Origin: Nevskiales bacterium
GTDB taxonomy: Bacteria; Pseudomonadota; Gammaproteobacteria; Nevskiales; JBOICV01
Length of the DNA stretch: 64,000 nucleotides
Direction: 5' to 3'
Assembly (NCBI GenBank): GCA_050740255.1
Contig: JBOICV010000176.1
Location: 3,959 to 67,958 of the forward strand
Made by a program: the position numbers and the translations under genes
Shown here: positions 30,229 to 38,705 of the stretch, one piece after another
How positions within the stretch are numbered: the stretch's first letter is position 1
Layout of the letters: every line of letters starts with the position of its first letter
Notes under the pieces: model-generated
Database searches by the model: none
What the model saw: the letters and a program-made list of their open reading frames with translations, nothing else
What the model was told of the DNA's origin: nothing

Positions 30229-31079
30229 AGTACCGCTTCGTCAATGAACATCGGCATGAATTCCGGATCGTCACGATGTGTCGTGTGCTGAGGGTTTCCC
30301 GCGCGGGGTTTTATCAATGGCTGCATAGGCCGTTGTCGGATCGAGCCATCGAAGACCAGCGGCTCCTCGTGCTGATTCGCGCTTCCTACTCGGCCAGCGG
30401 CAGCGTATACGGCGCGCGGCGTGTATTCGGTGATTTGCGGGAAGCCGGTGAGACCTGCGGCAAGCATCGTGTCGCTCGCATCATGCGGATGAATAAAATC
30501 AAGGCTCTGCATGGCTACAAAATACCCCGATCCATCGTCGGGCGACCGTCCATTATTGCGCCCAATCGGCTCAATCGGGAGTTCAATGTCGATGCACCTG
30601 ATCGGGTCTGGGTGACCGATATCACCTATCTGAGGACCTGGCAGGGATGGCTGTACCTGGCGGTGGTGATGGACCTCTATGCACGCAAGATCATCGGCTG
30701 GTCGATGAAGCCGACCTTGGCGCGCGAGCTGGTGCTCGACGCGCTGCTGATGGCGCTCTGGCGTCGTAAGCCGCAGCGGCCGGTGCTCGTGCATTCAGAT
30801 CAGGGCAGCCAATACGGTAGTGACGATTGGCAGCGCTTCTGCCAGACCAACAACCTGGAGCCCAGCATGAGCCGGCGCGGCAACTGCTGGGACAACGCCG
30901 TGGCCGAGTCTTTCTTCAGCAGCTTGAAGAAAGAGCGCATCCGCAAGCGCATCTACAAAACGCGCGAGTTGGCTCGTGCCGATGTCTTCGACTACATCGA
31001 GGTCTTCTACAATCGAACCCGCCGACACAGCCATATCGGTGGCGTCAGCCCCGAGGCATTTGAACGTGCCTCACTTTGA
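30195..31079 (+). CDS. IS3-family transposase OrfB (DDE integrase core), expressed by -1 frameshift as OrfAB
   Basis: Lies in the -1 frame relative to orfA with no start codon of its own near the junction. WVTDITY...VHSDQGSQY...DNAVAESFF DDE motifs. Confidence 0.88.
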   Translation, partial: SGAVLCQGARVKYRFVNEHRHEFRIVTMCRVLRVSRAGFYQWLHRPLSDRAIEDQRLLVLIRASYSASGSVYGARRVFGDLREAGETCGKHRVARIMRMNKIKALHGYKIPRSIVGRPSIIAPNRLNREFNVDAPDRVWVTDITYLRTWQGWLYLAVVMDLYARKIIGWSMKPTLARELVLDALLMALWRRKPQRPVLVHSDQGSQYGSDDWQRFCQTNNLEPSMSRRGNCWDNAVAESFFSSLKKERIRKRIYKTRELARADVFDYIEVFYNRTRRHSHIGGVSPEAFERASL

Positions 31080-31480
31080 GGCTGGGGTATGTCTACGATT
31101 CCGTGGGCAGTCCAGTATGCGCAAGCTCACCGATGAGATCTTCGTGCAGCTGTCCGAACTCAAGCAGCAGATTACCCATCTCGACCCGGCCGGTCTGACC
31201 CGACAGGAGGTTGAAGCGGTGCGCCGGATCGCACGCGAGGAGACGGACGCCCTGCATCAGGCGGTGCGAGCCGAACTGGATGCGGTGCGCACACGTCTGG
31301 AGGCGATTACGCGTATGCAGGAAGAAGAGTATCAGCGGATGCTGACAGTGGTGCGCGAGATCGCGGCCGCCGAAGCCAATTCGTTCAAGGACAGCACGCT
31401 TAAGGAGGCTACCGCGCGGATCACGGAGCGGCTGTCCCACTCAATCCTGCGTGCGCTCGGCCGCGAGGTCTGACGCGCGT

Positions 31481-32158
31481 CTAGCCGCTTTTTACCGCCG
31501 GCTCACCCAGAACGACCGCGCCGCGGTCGGCCTGCCAATGCGCCGCACCGAGAAAAATCAGCCGGATTTGCTTGATGATGCGCACCGTCAATTCCTGCTC
31601 GCGCCGGTTCTGAGCGCCTTTTTCCCGCTGCGGCAGTTGCAGGATTTCCCCGGCCTGGGTGAGGGCGGTGTTGATCACCAGATCCGCGATCATCTCGCGG
31701 TCCTCGGCGGGAAACCCGCCCATTGGCGGGAATAAGCGCAAATCCTCCGCCAGCTCGCCCACAAAGAAACGCACCTCGCGATTGATCGCTTCGCGCACGC
31801 GCGCATTGGCGCCGCCGCGCTCCTGCGCGAGGATTTCGAAAGCGCGCGGATTGGCGCGGACGAAGTCCAGAAAAATCTGCACCGAACTCTGGATCACGAA
31901 ATGCGGTGAACCAAGCGCCGTTACGCGGGCCTCGCGCAGCAAGCGCCGCAAAGTCAGCGTCACCTCATCCACCAGCGCCAGCATCAACTCGTCCATATCG
32001 CCGAAATGGCGGTAGAAAGCGGTCGGCACGACGCCGGCCTCGCGCGTTATTTCGCGCAGGCCGAGGCTCGCCAAGCTGCGTCCACCGCCGGCCAGTTTGA
32101 GGGCGGCCTGCAGCAGGCTTTGCCGGGTTTGTTGCTTGCGCTCTTCACGCAGGGTCAT
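31481..32158 (-). CDS. desT: TetR-family repressor, DesT/FabR-like
   Basis: QTRQSLLQAALKLAG..RSLASLGLREITREAGVVPTAFYRHFGDMDELMLALVDE parallels E. coli FabR. Divergent from a desCB-type pair. ATG 32158 behind GAGGAA. Confidence 0.8.
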   Translation of the reverse strand: MTLREERKQQTRQSLLQAALKLAGGGRSLASLGLREITREAGVVPTAFYRHFGDMDELMLALVDEVTLTLRRLLREARVTALGSPHFVIQSSVQIFLDFVRANPRAFEILAQERGGANARVREAINREVRFFVGELAEDLRLFPPMGGFPAEDREMIADLVINTALTQAGEILQLPQREKGAQNRREQELTVRIIKQIRLIFLGAAHWQADRGAVVLGEPAVKSG

Positions 32159-32189
32159 GTGGTTTTCCTCACCCAAAAGCATAGCATGA

Positions 32190-32321
32190 GAGAACATTTG
32201 TTCACAGAACATAAATCCAGTGAGACTATAAGTTATTGTTTGTAGAAGATATAAATAAATGAGTGAACACGTGTTGACTTATTGTTATGAGGACTGCATA
32301 CTTAGTGCACACTTGTTCACT
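32190..32321. promoter_or_regulatory. three ACA-N2-TGT-core palindromes in the desT/desC divergent promoter (putative DesT operators)
   Basis: GAACATTTGTTC (32192..32203), AGTGAACACGTGTTGACT (32262..32279) and AGTGCACACTTGTTCACT (32304..32321). The region is markedly AT-rich. Confidence 0.6.
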
Positions 32322-32326
32322 AGTGA

Positions 32327-33463
32327 GTGAATGACATGACCCAGACCCAGCCTCGCCCCAGCCCCCGTCCCAATATCCTCAAGACCGGCTTGCGCCGCGC
32401 GCTCAGCTCGCGCATTGCAGCGACGCTGACCTATCCCCACGGCGTGGACCGCTACCTGGCGCAGTTTGACCCAAACTGGTCGCTGCGCGAAGTACGCGCG
32501 GAGCTGACCGCGGTGCGCTACCAGACCGCCGGCAGCGTCACCCTGACGCTGCGCCCCAACAGCAACTGGCAGGGCTTCAAGGCCGGCCAGTATGTGCGCC
32601 TGACGGTCGAGATGGACGGCGTACGCCGCATGCGCTGCTACTCGCCCGCCAATTCGGTGCACGCCAAGGACGGCCTGATTGAACTGACCGCCAAGGCGCA
32701 CGCCGGTGGTTTTGTTTCAAAGTTCCTGCGCGACGAGGCCCAGCCCGGCATGGTGGTGACCCTGTCGCGGGCCGACGGCCAGTTCGCGCTGCCGGCACAG
32801 CGGCCGGAACGCATCCTGCTGATCAGCCGCGGCAGCGGCATCACGCCGGTGATGTCCATGCTGCGCACGCTGTGCGATGAGGGCCACCAGGGCCGCATCA
32901 CCTTCCTGCACTACGCCAATGTGGCGCAGGATCAGATCTACGCAGCGGAGCTGGCCACGATTGCGCGCTGCTATCCCAACGTCGAGCTGCTGCGCTGCTA
33001 CAACGGCCCCGGCGGCGAGCTTACGGGATTGTTCAGCCAGCAACAGTTGCAGCAGGCCGTGCCGGACTACGCGCAGGCGCAGGCTTTTCTCTGCGGGCCG
33101 CCGGGGATGATGAAGGCGGTGCAGAAAGTCTGGGCCGACGCCGGCATCAGCGAGCGCCTGTTTCTCGAACATTTCACCGTCACACCCATCGTGCTGGCCG
33201 CCGGCAATGCCGAGGGTGAGGTGCGTTTTGCGCGCAGCGAACGCCTGGCCAAGAACAGCGGCAACACGTTGCTGGATCAGGCCGAAGCTGCGGGCCTCAA
33301 GCCCGAAGCCGGTTGCCGCATGGGCATCTGCCATACCTGCACCTGCCGCAAAACTTCCGGCACGGTGAAGAACCTCCAGACCGGCCAGCTCTCCAGCGAA
33401 GCCGACGAGGAGATCCAGATCTGCATCAGCGTGCCGGTCGGCACCGTGACGCTCGACCTCTAA
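32327..33463 (+). CDS. desC: ferredoxin-NAD(P) reductase-type oxidoreductase with C-terminal 2Fe-2S domain (DesC-like)
   Basis: RCYSPANS (FAD), GSGITPVMS (NAD), CRMGICHTCTC...C (plant-type 2Fe-2S). Start is GTG 32327 or ATG 32336. Confidence 0.85.
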   Translation: MNDMTQTQPRPSPRPNILKTGLRRALSSRIAATLTYPHGVDRYLAQFDPNWSLREVRAELTAVRYQTAGSVTLTLRPNSNWQGFKAGQYVRLTVEMDGVRRMRCYSPANSVHAKDGLIELTAKAHAGGFVSKFLRDEAQPGMVVTLSRADGQFALPAQRPERILLISRGSGITPVMSMLRTLCDEGHQGRITFLHYANVAQDQIYAAELATIARCYPNVELLRCYNGPGGELTGLFSQQQLQQAVPDYAQAQAFLCGPPGMMKAVQKVWADAGISERLFLEHFTVTPIVLAAGNAEGEVRFARSERLAKNSGNTLLDQAEAAGLKPEAGCRMGICHTCTCRKTSGTVKNLQTGQLSSEADEEIQICISVPVGTVTLDL

Positions 33464-33502
33464 ACCACGCACTAAACCTTGAATCACGAAACCGAATCCG
33501 CC

Positions 33503-34621
33503 ATGACATACCACGTCCCCCAACTCAGCCCCGAGCAGTTCGAAGCCTTTGGCAAGGAACTGGATGCGGTGCGCCAGCGCGTGCTCGCCGACCGCGGCGA
33601 GCGCGACGCCAACTACATCCGCAAGATCGTGAAGGCGCAGCGCCGGATCGAAGTCGGCGGCCGCGTGATGATGATGGTCCCGCCGGCCTGGCCGCTGGGC
33701 GTGGCCGCACTGTCCGTGTCGAAGATTCTCGACAACATGGAGATCGGCCACAACATCATGCATGCCCAGTACGACTTCATGCAGGACCCGGCGTTCAACT
33801 CCAAGAAATTCGAATGGGACCACGCCTCCACCAGCAAGCAATGGCTGCATTCGCACAACTATCTGCACCACACCTTCACCAACGTCCGCGGTGTCGATCG
33901 CGACATCGGTTACGGCGTGCTGCGCATGTCGGAAGCCCAGAAGTGGCACCCGTACTATCTGCTCAACCCGGTGTGGGCGTTCCTGCTGGCCACGTTCTTC
34001 GAGTACGGCATCTCCATGCACGACCTGGAAGTGGAGAAGGTCTGGAAGGGCAAAAAGTCGCGCGCTGAAATAGCCCAGTGGTTCCGTGACACCGCGGGCA
34101 AGCTGCGCAAGCAGTTGGTCAAGGACTACGTGCTGTTCCCGGTCGTGGCCGGCCCGATGGCGCCGCTTGTCCTGGCCGGCAATTTCGCGGCCAACCGCCT
34201 GCGCGACTACTGGACCTGGGGCATCATCTTCTGTGGCCACTTCCCCGAGGGCACGCAGGAGTTCTCCAAGGACTACATCAAGAACGAGACGCGCGGCCAG
34301 TGGTACTACCGGCAACTGCTGGGCTCGGCCAACATCGAGGGCGGCAAGCTGTTCCACATCATGAACGGCAACCTCAGCTTCCAGATAGAGCATCACCTGT
34401 TCCCTGATCTGCCGGCGCACCGCTACGCGGAGCTGTCGGTCGAGGTCAGGGAGATCTGTCAGCGCTACGGGCTGCCGTACAACTCCGGCTCGTTCGTCAA
34501 GCAGTTCGGCACCGTGGTGCGCAAAATCTTCCGGCTGTCGCTGCCCTCGCGGAAGGATTTCAAGCTGAAGGGGCGGACGGCAGCGAATGATGCGGCGCAG
34601 CCGCTGCCGATGGCGGCCTGA
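33503..34621 (+). CDS. desB: membrane acyl-CoA desaturase, DesB/DesA3-type
   Basis: His boxes HNIMH, HSHNYLHH and QIEHHLFP. Hydrophobic hairpins. Immediately downstream of the reductase. Confidence 0.85.
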   Translation: MTYHVPQLSPEQFEAFGKELDAVRQRVLADRGERDANYIRKIVKAQRRIEVGGRVMMMVPPAWPLGVAALSVSKILDNMEIGHNIMHAQYDFMQDPAFNSKKFEWDHASTSKQWLHSHNYLHHTFTNVRGVDRDIGYGVLRMSEAQKWHPYYLLNPVWAFLLATFFEYGISMHDLEVEKVWKGKKSRAEIAQWFRDTAGKLRKQLVKDYVLFPVVAGPMAPLVLAGNFAANRLRDYWTWGIIFCGHFPEGTQEFSKDYIKNETRGQWYYRQLLGSANIEGGKLFHIMNGNLSFQIEHHLFPDLPAHRYAELSVEVREICQRYGLPYNSGSFVKQFGTVVRKIFRLSLPSRKDFKLKGRTAANDAAQPLPMAA

Positions 34622-34712
34622 GCGTCAGTTCGGCTCGGTCATCGGCCGCATTTTCAAGTACAGTCTGCCGACGCCCCGTGAGACGGCGGCCGCGGCTGCC
34701 TGAGGATTGGAT

Positions 34713-35099
34713 ATGCGCACCACGCTAAGCCGGCTGGAAGCCATCAAGGACCTGGTCCAGGAAGCGATAGACAAGGGCGCGACTTCGGTCGAGCAGATTC
34801 ATCGCGCCATCGCAGACTTGCCGTTTGCGGCGCTGGAGCGGGGCGGCCTGCTGCGCGAGCCTAAGCCACGCGAAGTCGTGGGTCAAAGCATCGGCGTGGT
34901 GTATGACGCGATCCGCCGCGTGAACAGCGAGGTCGGCGGGCTCGTAACCGGCTTGTTCGAATCGCTGGACGATCATGCCGACGCCCAGACCACGCTGAGC
35001 CGCAAGCAATTGAGCGAGGCGCTGGATACCGCTTTCGATAAAGAAGCCGCCACGCTTGAGCCCAAAGGAAAAAAAGCCAACAAGCGCCGCAAGTCCTGA
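34713..35099 (+). CDS. hypothetical helical protein with basic C-terminal tail
   Basis: 128 aa from ATG 34713 (GAGG Shine-Dalgarno). No family recognised. Ends KGKKANKRRKS. Embedded between desaturase module 1 and module 2. Confidence 0.55.
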   Translation: MRTTLSRLEAIKDLVQEAIDKGATSVEQIHRAIADLPFAALERGGLLREPKPREVVGQSIGVVYDAIRRVNSEVGGLVTGLFESLDDHADAQTTLSRKQLSEALDTAFDKEAATLEPKGKKANKRRKS

Positions 35100-35129
35100 G
35101 CGCATTGCGCTCTGAACGAGGAGGGGATC

Positions 35130-36245
35130 ATGCAGCCCAGTCCAATGGAATCGCCACGCTCGCTGTGGGGCCGGTTGACCGCGATCACGGATCTTTTTGC
35201 TTATCCGCTGCGAACCTCGCACTACGTCGAACTGGTCAACCCGCTGTGGACCACGCACAAACTGCAGGCGCGGGTGGTCAAGGTCTGGGACGAAACCAAG
35301 GACGCGCGCACGCTGACGCTCAAGCCCGGCCTGAACTGGCGCGGCCACCGCGCGGGGCAGCATGTGCGCGTGGGCATTCCGGTCGGCGGCATGCATTACA
35401 CGCGCACCTACACGATCTCTTCACCGCCGGAGCGTGACGACGACTGCTTTACCATCACCACGAAAGCGATTCTTGGCGGGCGCATCTCGCATCACATCGT
35501 GCGCCAGATCAAGGTGGGCGATTACCTGCCCATCGGTCTGCCGCAGGGCGATTTCTATCTGCCGGACGCACAGCCGGTGCAGCCGCTGTTCATCACCGCC
35601 GGCAGCGGCATCACGCCGGCGATGAGCATGCTGCGCAGCCTGATCGCGCAGGAGCGCCTGCCGGATAGCGTGCACATCCACTACTCGCCGCATGAGTTCG
35701 ACGTGATTTTCGGCCAGGAGCTGCGCCAGACGGCGCGCGAGCAGCCGCGCTACAAGCTGCACGAGATTCACACGCACGAGTACGGCGAGCTGAAGCAGAC
35801 CAAGGGCTATTTCAACGACGAGCAGCTAAACCGTCTATGCCCGGACTGGCGCGAGCGCGAGGTCTATGCCTGCGGGCCGCCGGGCCTGCTGGCCGCGCTG
35901 GAGAAGCACTTCGAGCAGGCCGGACGTACGCGCCATCTGCACATCGAGCGCTTCCTCGCCAGCTTCGCCGAAGTGCCCAAGGACGCCGTCGGCGGCCGCG
36001 TGCGCTTCGCCAAGAGCAATATCGAAGCGCAGGCGGACCACAAGACGCCGCTGCTGCGTGTGGCCGAGGATGCCGGCATGAATCCGCCGCATGGCTGTCG
36101 CATGGGCATCTGCCACACCTGCAACACCACGCTGGTGTCCGGCTGCGTGCGCGACTTGCGTACCGGCAAGATTCTGAACGAGGCCGGCAGCATCGTGCAG
36201 ACCTGCATCTGCGCCGCCGCCGGCGATTGCGCACTCGATCAGTAG
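35130..36245 (+). CDS. second FNR-type reductase with 2Fe-2S domain (DesC paralog)
   Basis: RTYTISSPP, GSGITPAMS, CRMGICHTCNT...C. GAGGAGG Shine-Dalgarno. Confidence 0.85.
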   Translation: MQPSPMESPRSLWGRLTAITDLFAYPLRTSHYVELVNPLWTTHKLQARVVKVWDETKDARTLTLKPGLNWRGHRAGQHVRVGIPVGGMHYTRTYTISSPPERDDDCFTITTKAILGGRISHHIVRQIKVGDYLPIGLPQGDFYLPDAQPVQPLFITAGSGITPAMSMLRSLIAQERLPDSVHIHYSPHEFDVIFGQELRQTAREQPRYKLHEIHTHEYGELKQTKGYFNDEQLNRLCPDWREREVYACGPPGLLAALEKHFEQAGRTRHLHIERFLASFAEVPKDAVGGRVRFAKSNIEAQADHKTPLLRVAEDAGMNPPHGCRMGICHTCNTTLVSGCVRDLRTGKILNEAGSIVQTCICAAAGDCALDQ

Positions 36246-36255
36246 AGATGAAGTC

Positions 36256-37413
36256 GTGACCACGAGATTCGGCGTAAACCTCAGCGACGCGCAGATCGAG
36301 GAATTCGGCCGCGAGGTGGATGCCATCCGCGACGAGGTTTTCGATAGCCGCGGCGAGCGCGACCGACAATACATCCTCAAAATCATCAGAACCCAGCGCG
36401 TACTGGCCTTGGGCGGGCGCGTGGTGATGTTCCTGAGCATCTGGCTGCTACCCGCCATCGGACTGCCTTACGCCGGCTGGCCGCAGTTGCTGGCCGTGCT
36501 CGGTCTGGGCGCGGCGCTGCTGGGTCTGGCCAAGATCATCGAGAACATGGAGATCGGCCACAACGTCATGCACGCGCAATGGGACTGGATGAAGGACCCG
36601 GAAATCCAGTCCAGCACCTGGGAGTGGGACAACGTCTGTCGCTCCGACCAGTGGATGCACAGCCATAACGTCGTGCATCACACCTGGACCAACGTCATCG
36701 GCAAGGATCCGGACGTGGGCTACGGCGTGCTGCGCGTGAGCACTGCGCAGCGCTGGCGGCCCAAGTTCCTGGCGCAGCCGCTCGTCAATATCCTGCTATG
36801 TCTGTTCTTCCAGTGGGGCGTCGGCGCGCACGACATCTTGTTCGCGCACAAGACCGGCGCCGGTTCGAAAAAGGTCCTGCTGCGGCGCTTCGCGTGGAAG
36901 GCTTGGCGACAGGTGCAGAAAGACTATCTGCTGTGGCCGGCCTTCGGCGCGCTGCTGACCGCGCTGGCCTGCTGGGCGATGGGCAAGGATGCCAGCACCG
37001 CAGCGCTGCCAGCCCTGGGCCTGCTGGTGGCCGGCAGTTTCATCGCCAATACGCTGCGCAACGTCTGGACCAACGTCATCATTTTCTGCGGGCACTTTCC
37101 GCAGGGGGTTCATCACTTCCGCAAGAAGGACGTCGAGGGCGAAACCCGTGCGCAGTGGTATGTGCGGCAGTTGCTGGGCTCCTGCAATATCGGCGGCGGC
37201 AAGCTCTTTCACATCCTCTCCGGGAATCTGAGCCACCAGATCGAACACCACCTGTACCCGGACATGTGCAGCAACCGCTATCCGGAGGTCGCGCCGCGTA
37301 TCCGCGCGCTGGCGTCCCGCTACGGCCTGCCGTACAACACCGGCTCGCTGGCCCGGCAGTACGGCACGACCACCTGGACTATCTGGCGGCTGGCGTTTCC
37401 GGGCGGCGGCTGA
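36256..37413 (+). CDS. membrane acyl-CoA desaturase, DesB-type paralog 2
   Basis: HNVMH, HSHNVVHH, QIEHHLYP. GTG start 10 nt after the reductase stop. Confidence 0.85.
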   Translation: MTTRFGVNLSDAQIEEFGREVDAIRDEVFDSRGERDRQYILKIIRTQRVLALGGRVVMFLSIWLLPAIGLPYAGWPQLLAVLGLGAALLGLAKIIENMEIGHNVMHAQWDWMKDPEIQSSTWEWDNVCRSDQWMHSHNVVHHTWTNVIGKDPDVGYGVLRVSTAQRWRPKFLAQPLVNILLCLFFQWGVGAHDILFAHKTGAGSKKVLLRRFAWKAWRQVQKDYLLWPAFGALLTALACWAMGKDASTAALPALGLLVAGSFIANTLRNVWTNVIIFCGHFPQGVHHFRKKDVEGETRAQWYVRQLLGSCNIGGGKLFHILSGNLSHQIEHHLYPDMCSNRYPEVAPRIRALASRYGLPYNTGSLARQYGTTTWTIWRLAFPGGG

Positions 37414-37451
37414 CGCGTAACTGAACGAATTGGATTTGTGAGGCAAAAATC

Positions 37452-38642
37452 ATGACCGCCGCAAGACTTCCCGCCAAATTACCAGTGGGGCTCACCGAAG
37501 CCCAGATCGAGGAGTTCGGCCGCGAGCTGGACGCGATCCGCGACGAGGTAATGGATTCGCGCGGCGAGCGCGACCGCGCCTATATCCTGAAGGTGATCAA
37601 GACCCAGCGCAGCCTGGCGGTGATCGGCCGCTTCATCATCTACGGCGGGTTGTTCCTGCTGCCGGCCTGGGGTCATGCGCTCGCCGGATGGGCGAGCAGC
37701 CTTTCGGTGATCGGGCTGGGCACCGCGATGCTGGGCATCGCCAAGATTCTGGAGAATATGGAGATCGCCCACAACATCCTGCACGCGCAATGGGACTGGA
37801 TGAAGGACCCCGAAATCCAGTCGAACACCTGGGAGTGGGACACGATGTCGCCTTCCGATCGCTGGATGCACTCGCACAACGTCGTGCATCACACCTGGAC
37901 CAATGTGCTGGAGAAGGACCTGGATGTCGGCTACGGCATCATGCGCGTCACGCCGATGCAGAAGTGGCACCCCTTTTACCTGCTGCAACCCCTGTTCTTC
38001 ATCACGCTCATGCTGTTCTTCGAAGAGGGCGTCGCCCTGCATGAACAGGCGATAGACGATCACATGAAGGGCAAGAAGACGCTGAAGGAAATCCTGCCGA
38101 CCCTGCGCCATATCGGCCGCAAGGTGCGCGGGCAGGTGCTCAAGGACTACGTGATGTGGCCCGGCGCCGCCCTGCTGGTCAGCATTCCGATCTCGTTTTA
38201 CGTGCCTGCTTCACCCTGGCTGGCGTTCGGGCTGGTGGCGGGCGCGAATGCGGTCGCCAACATCATGCGCAATATCTGGGCCTTCATGATCATCTTCTGC
38301 GGCCACTTCCCGGCCGGCGTGCACAACTTCACGCAAGATCAGGTTGAAGGCGAAACCCGCGCGCGCTGGTATCAGCGCCAGTTGCTGGGCTCCTGCAACA
38401 TCGGCGGCGGAAAACTATTCCATGTGCTGTCCGGAAATCTGAGCCACCAGATCGAGCATCACCTGTTTCCGGACATGTGCAGCAACCGTTATCCTGAGGT
38501 GGCGCCGCGGGTGCGCGCGCTGGCCGCCCGCTACGGCTTGCCTTACAACACCGGTTCACTCACGCGGCAGTTCGGCACCACCTGGCTGAAAAATCTGCGA
38601 CTGGCGTTTCCGGGCGGCGAGCTCCAACCGACGCCTGCCTGA
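37452..38642 (+). CDS. membrane acyl-CoA desaturase, DesB-type paralog 3
   Basis: HNILH, HSHNVVHH, QIEHHLFP. By eye about 60% identical to paralog 2. Confidence 0.85.
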   Translation: MTAARLPAKLPVGLTEAQIEEFGRELDAIRDEVMDSRGERDRAYILKVIKTQRSLAVIGRFIIYGGLFLLPAWGHALAGWASSLSVIGLGTAMLGIAKILENMEIAHNILHAQWDWMKDPEIQSNTWEWDTMSPSDRWMHSHNVVHHTWTNVLEKDLDVGYGIMRVTPMQKWHPFYLLQPLFFITLMLFFEEGVALHEQAIDDHMKGKKTLKEILPTLRHIGRKVRGQVLKDYVMWPGAALLVSIPISFYVPASPWLAFGLVAGANAVANIMRNIWAFMIIFCGHFPAGVHNFTQDQVEGETRARWYQRQLLGSCNIGGGKLFHVLSGNLSHQIEHHLFPDMCSNRYPEVAPRVRALAARYGLPYNTGSLTRQFGTTWLKNLRLAFPGGELQPTPA

Positions 38643-38705
38643 ACCGTCCTACGAGGCGGTGGAATCACCGCAGGCTTCCCCAGGCTTTGTGTATCATGCA
38701 GGCCC

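Larger units (their letters stand above)
29884..31114 (+). mobile_element. IS3-family insertion sequence (1231 bp) with 3-bp target-site duplication GTA
   Basis: Ends are TG...CA. IRL is TGGACTGCCCACGGTCTGATAGACAT and IRR (reverse complement) is TGGACTGCCCACGGAATCGTAGACAT. GTA occurs at 29881..29883 and 31115..31117. orfA/orfB have an A7G slippery site. Confidence 0.92.
29343..31473 (+). pseudogene. CheY-like response regulator with C-terminal coiled-coil region, interrupted by an IS3-family element
   Basis: REC domain: DD at residues 10-11, FLDNVMPE, FCTS, HKP. The reading frame 29343..29883 joins 31118..31473 exactly (897 nt = 298 codons + stop) once the IS and one TSD copy are removed. 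Confidence 0.85.

Noticed and set aside
32717-34420. 567-aa ORF on the minus strand antisense to desC/desB. Similar long antisense ORFs occur at 46331-47785 (484 aa, opposite pyk), 51523-52827 (434 aa, opposite MATE), 52938-54107 and 55850-57088 (opposite the DesA-type genes), 21775-22896, 58430-59413 and 43500-44405.
   Set aside because: Their translations are Arg/Ala/Gly/His-rich low-complexity strings with no recognisable motifs. They exactly shadow well-supported genes on the other strand. This is a typical high-GC artefact caused by stop-codon depletion.
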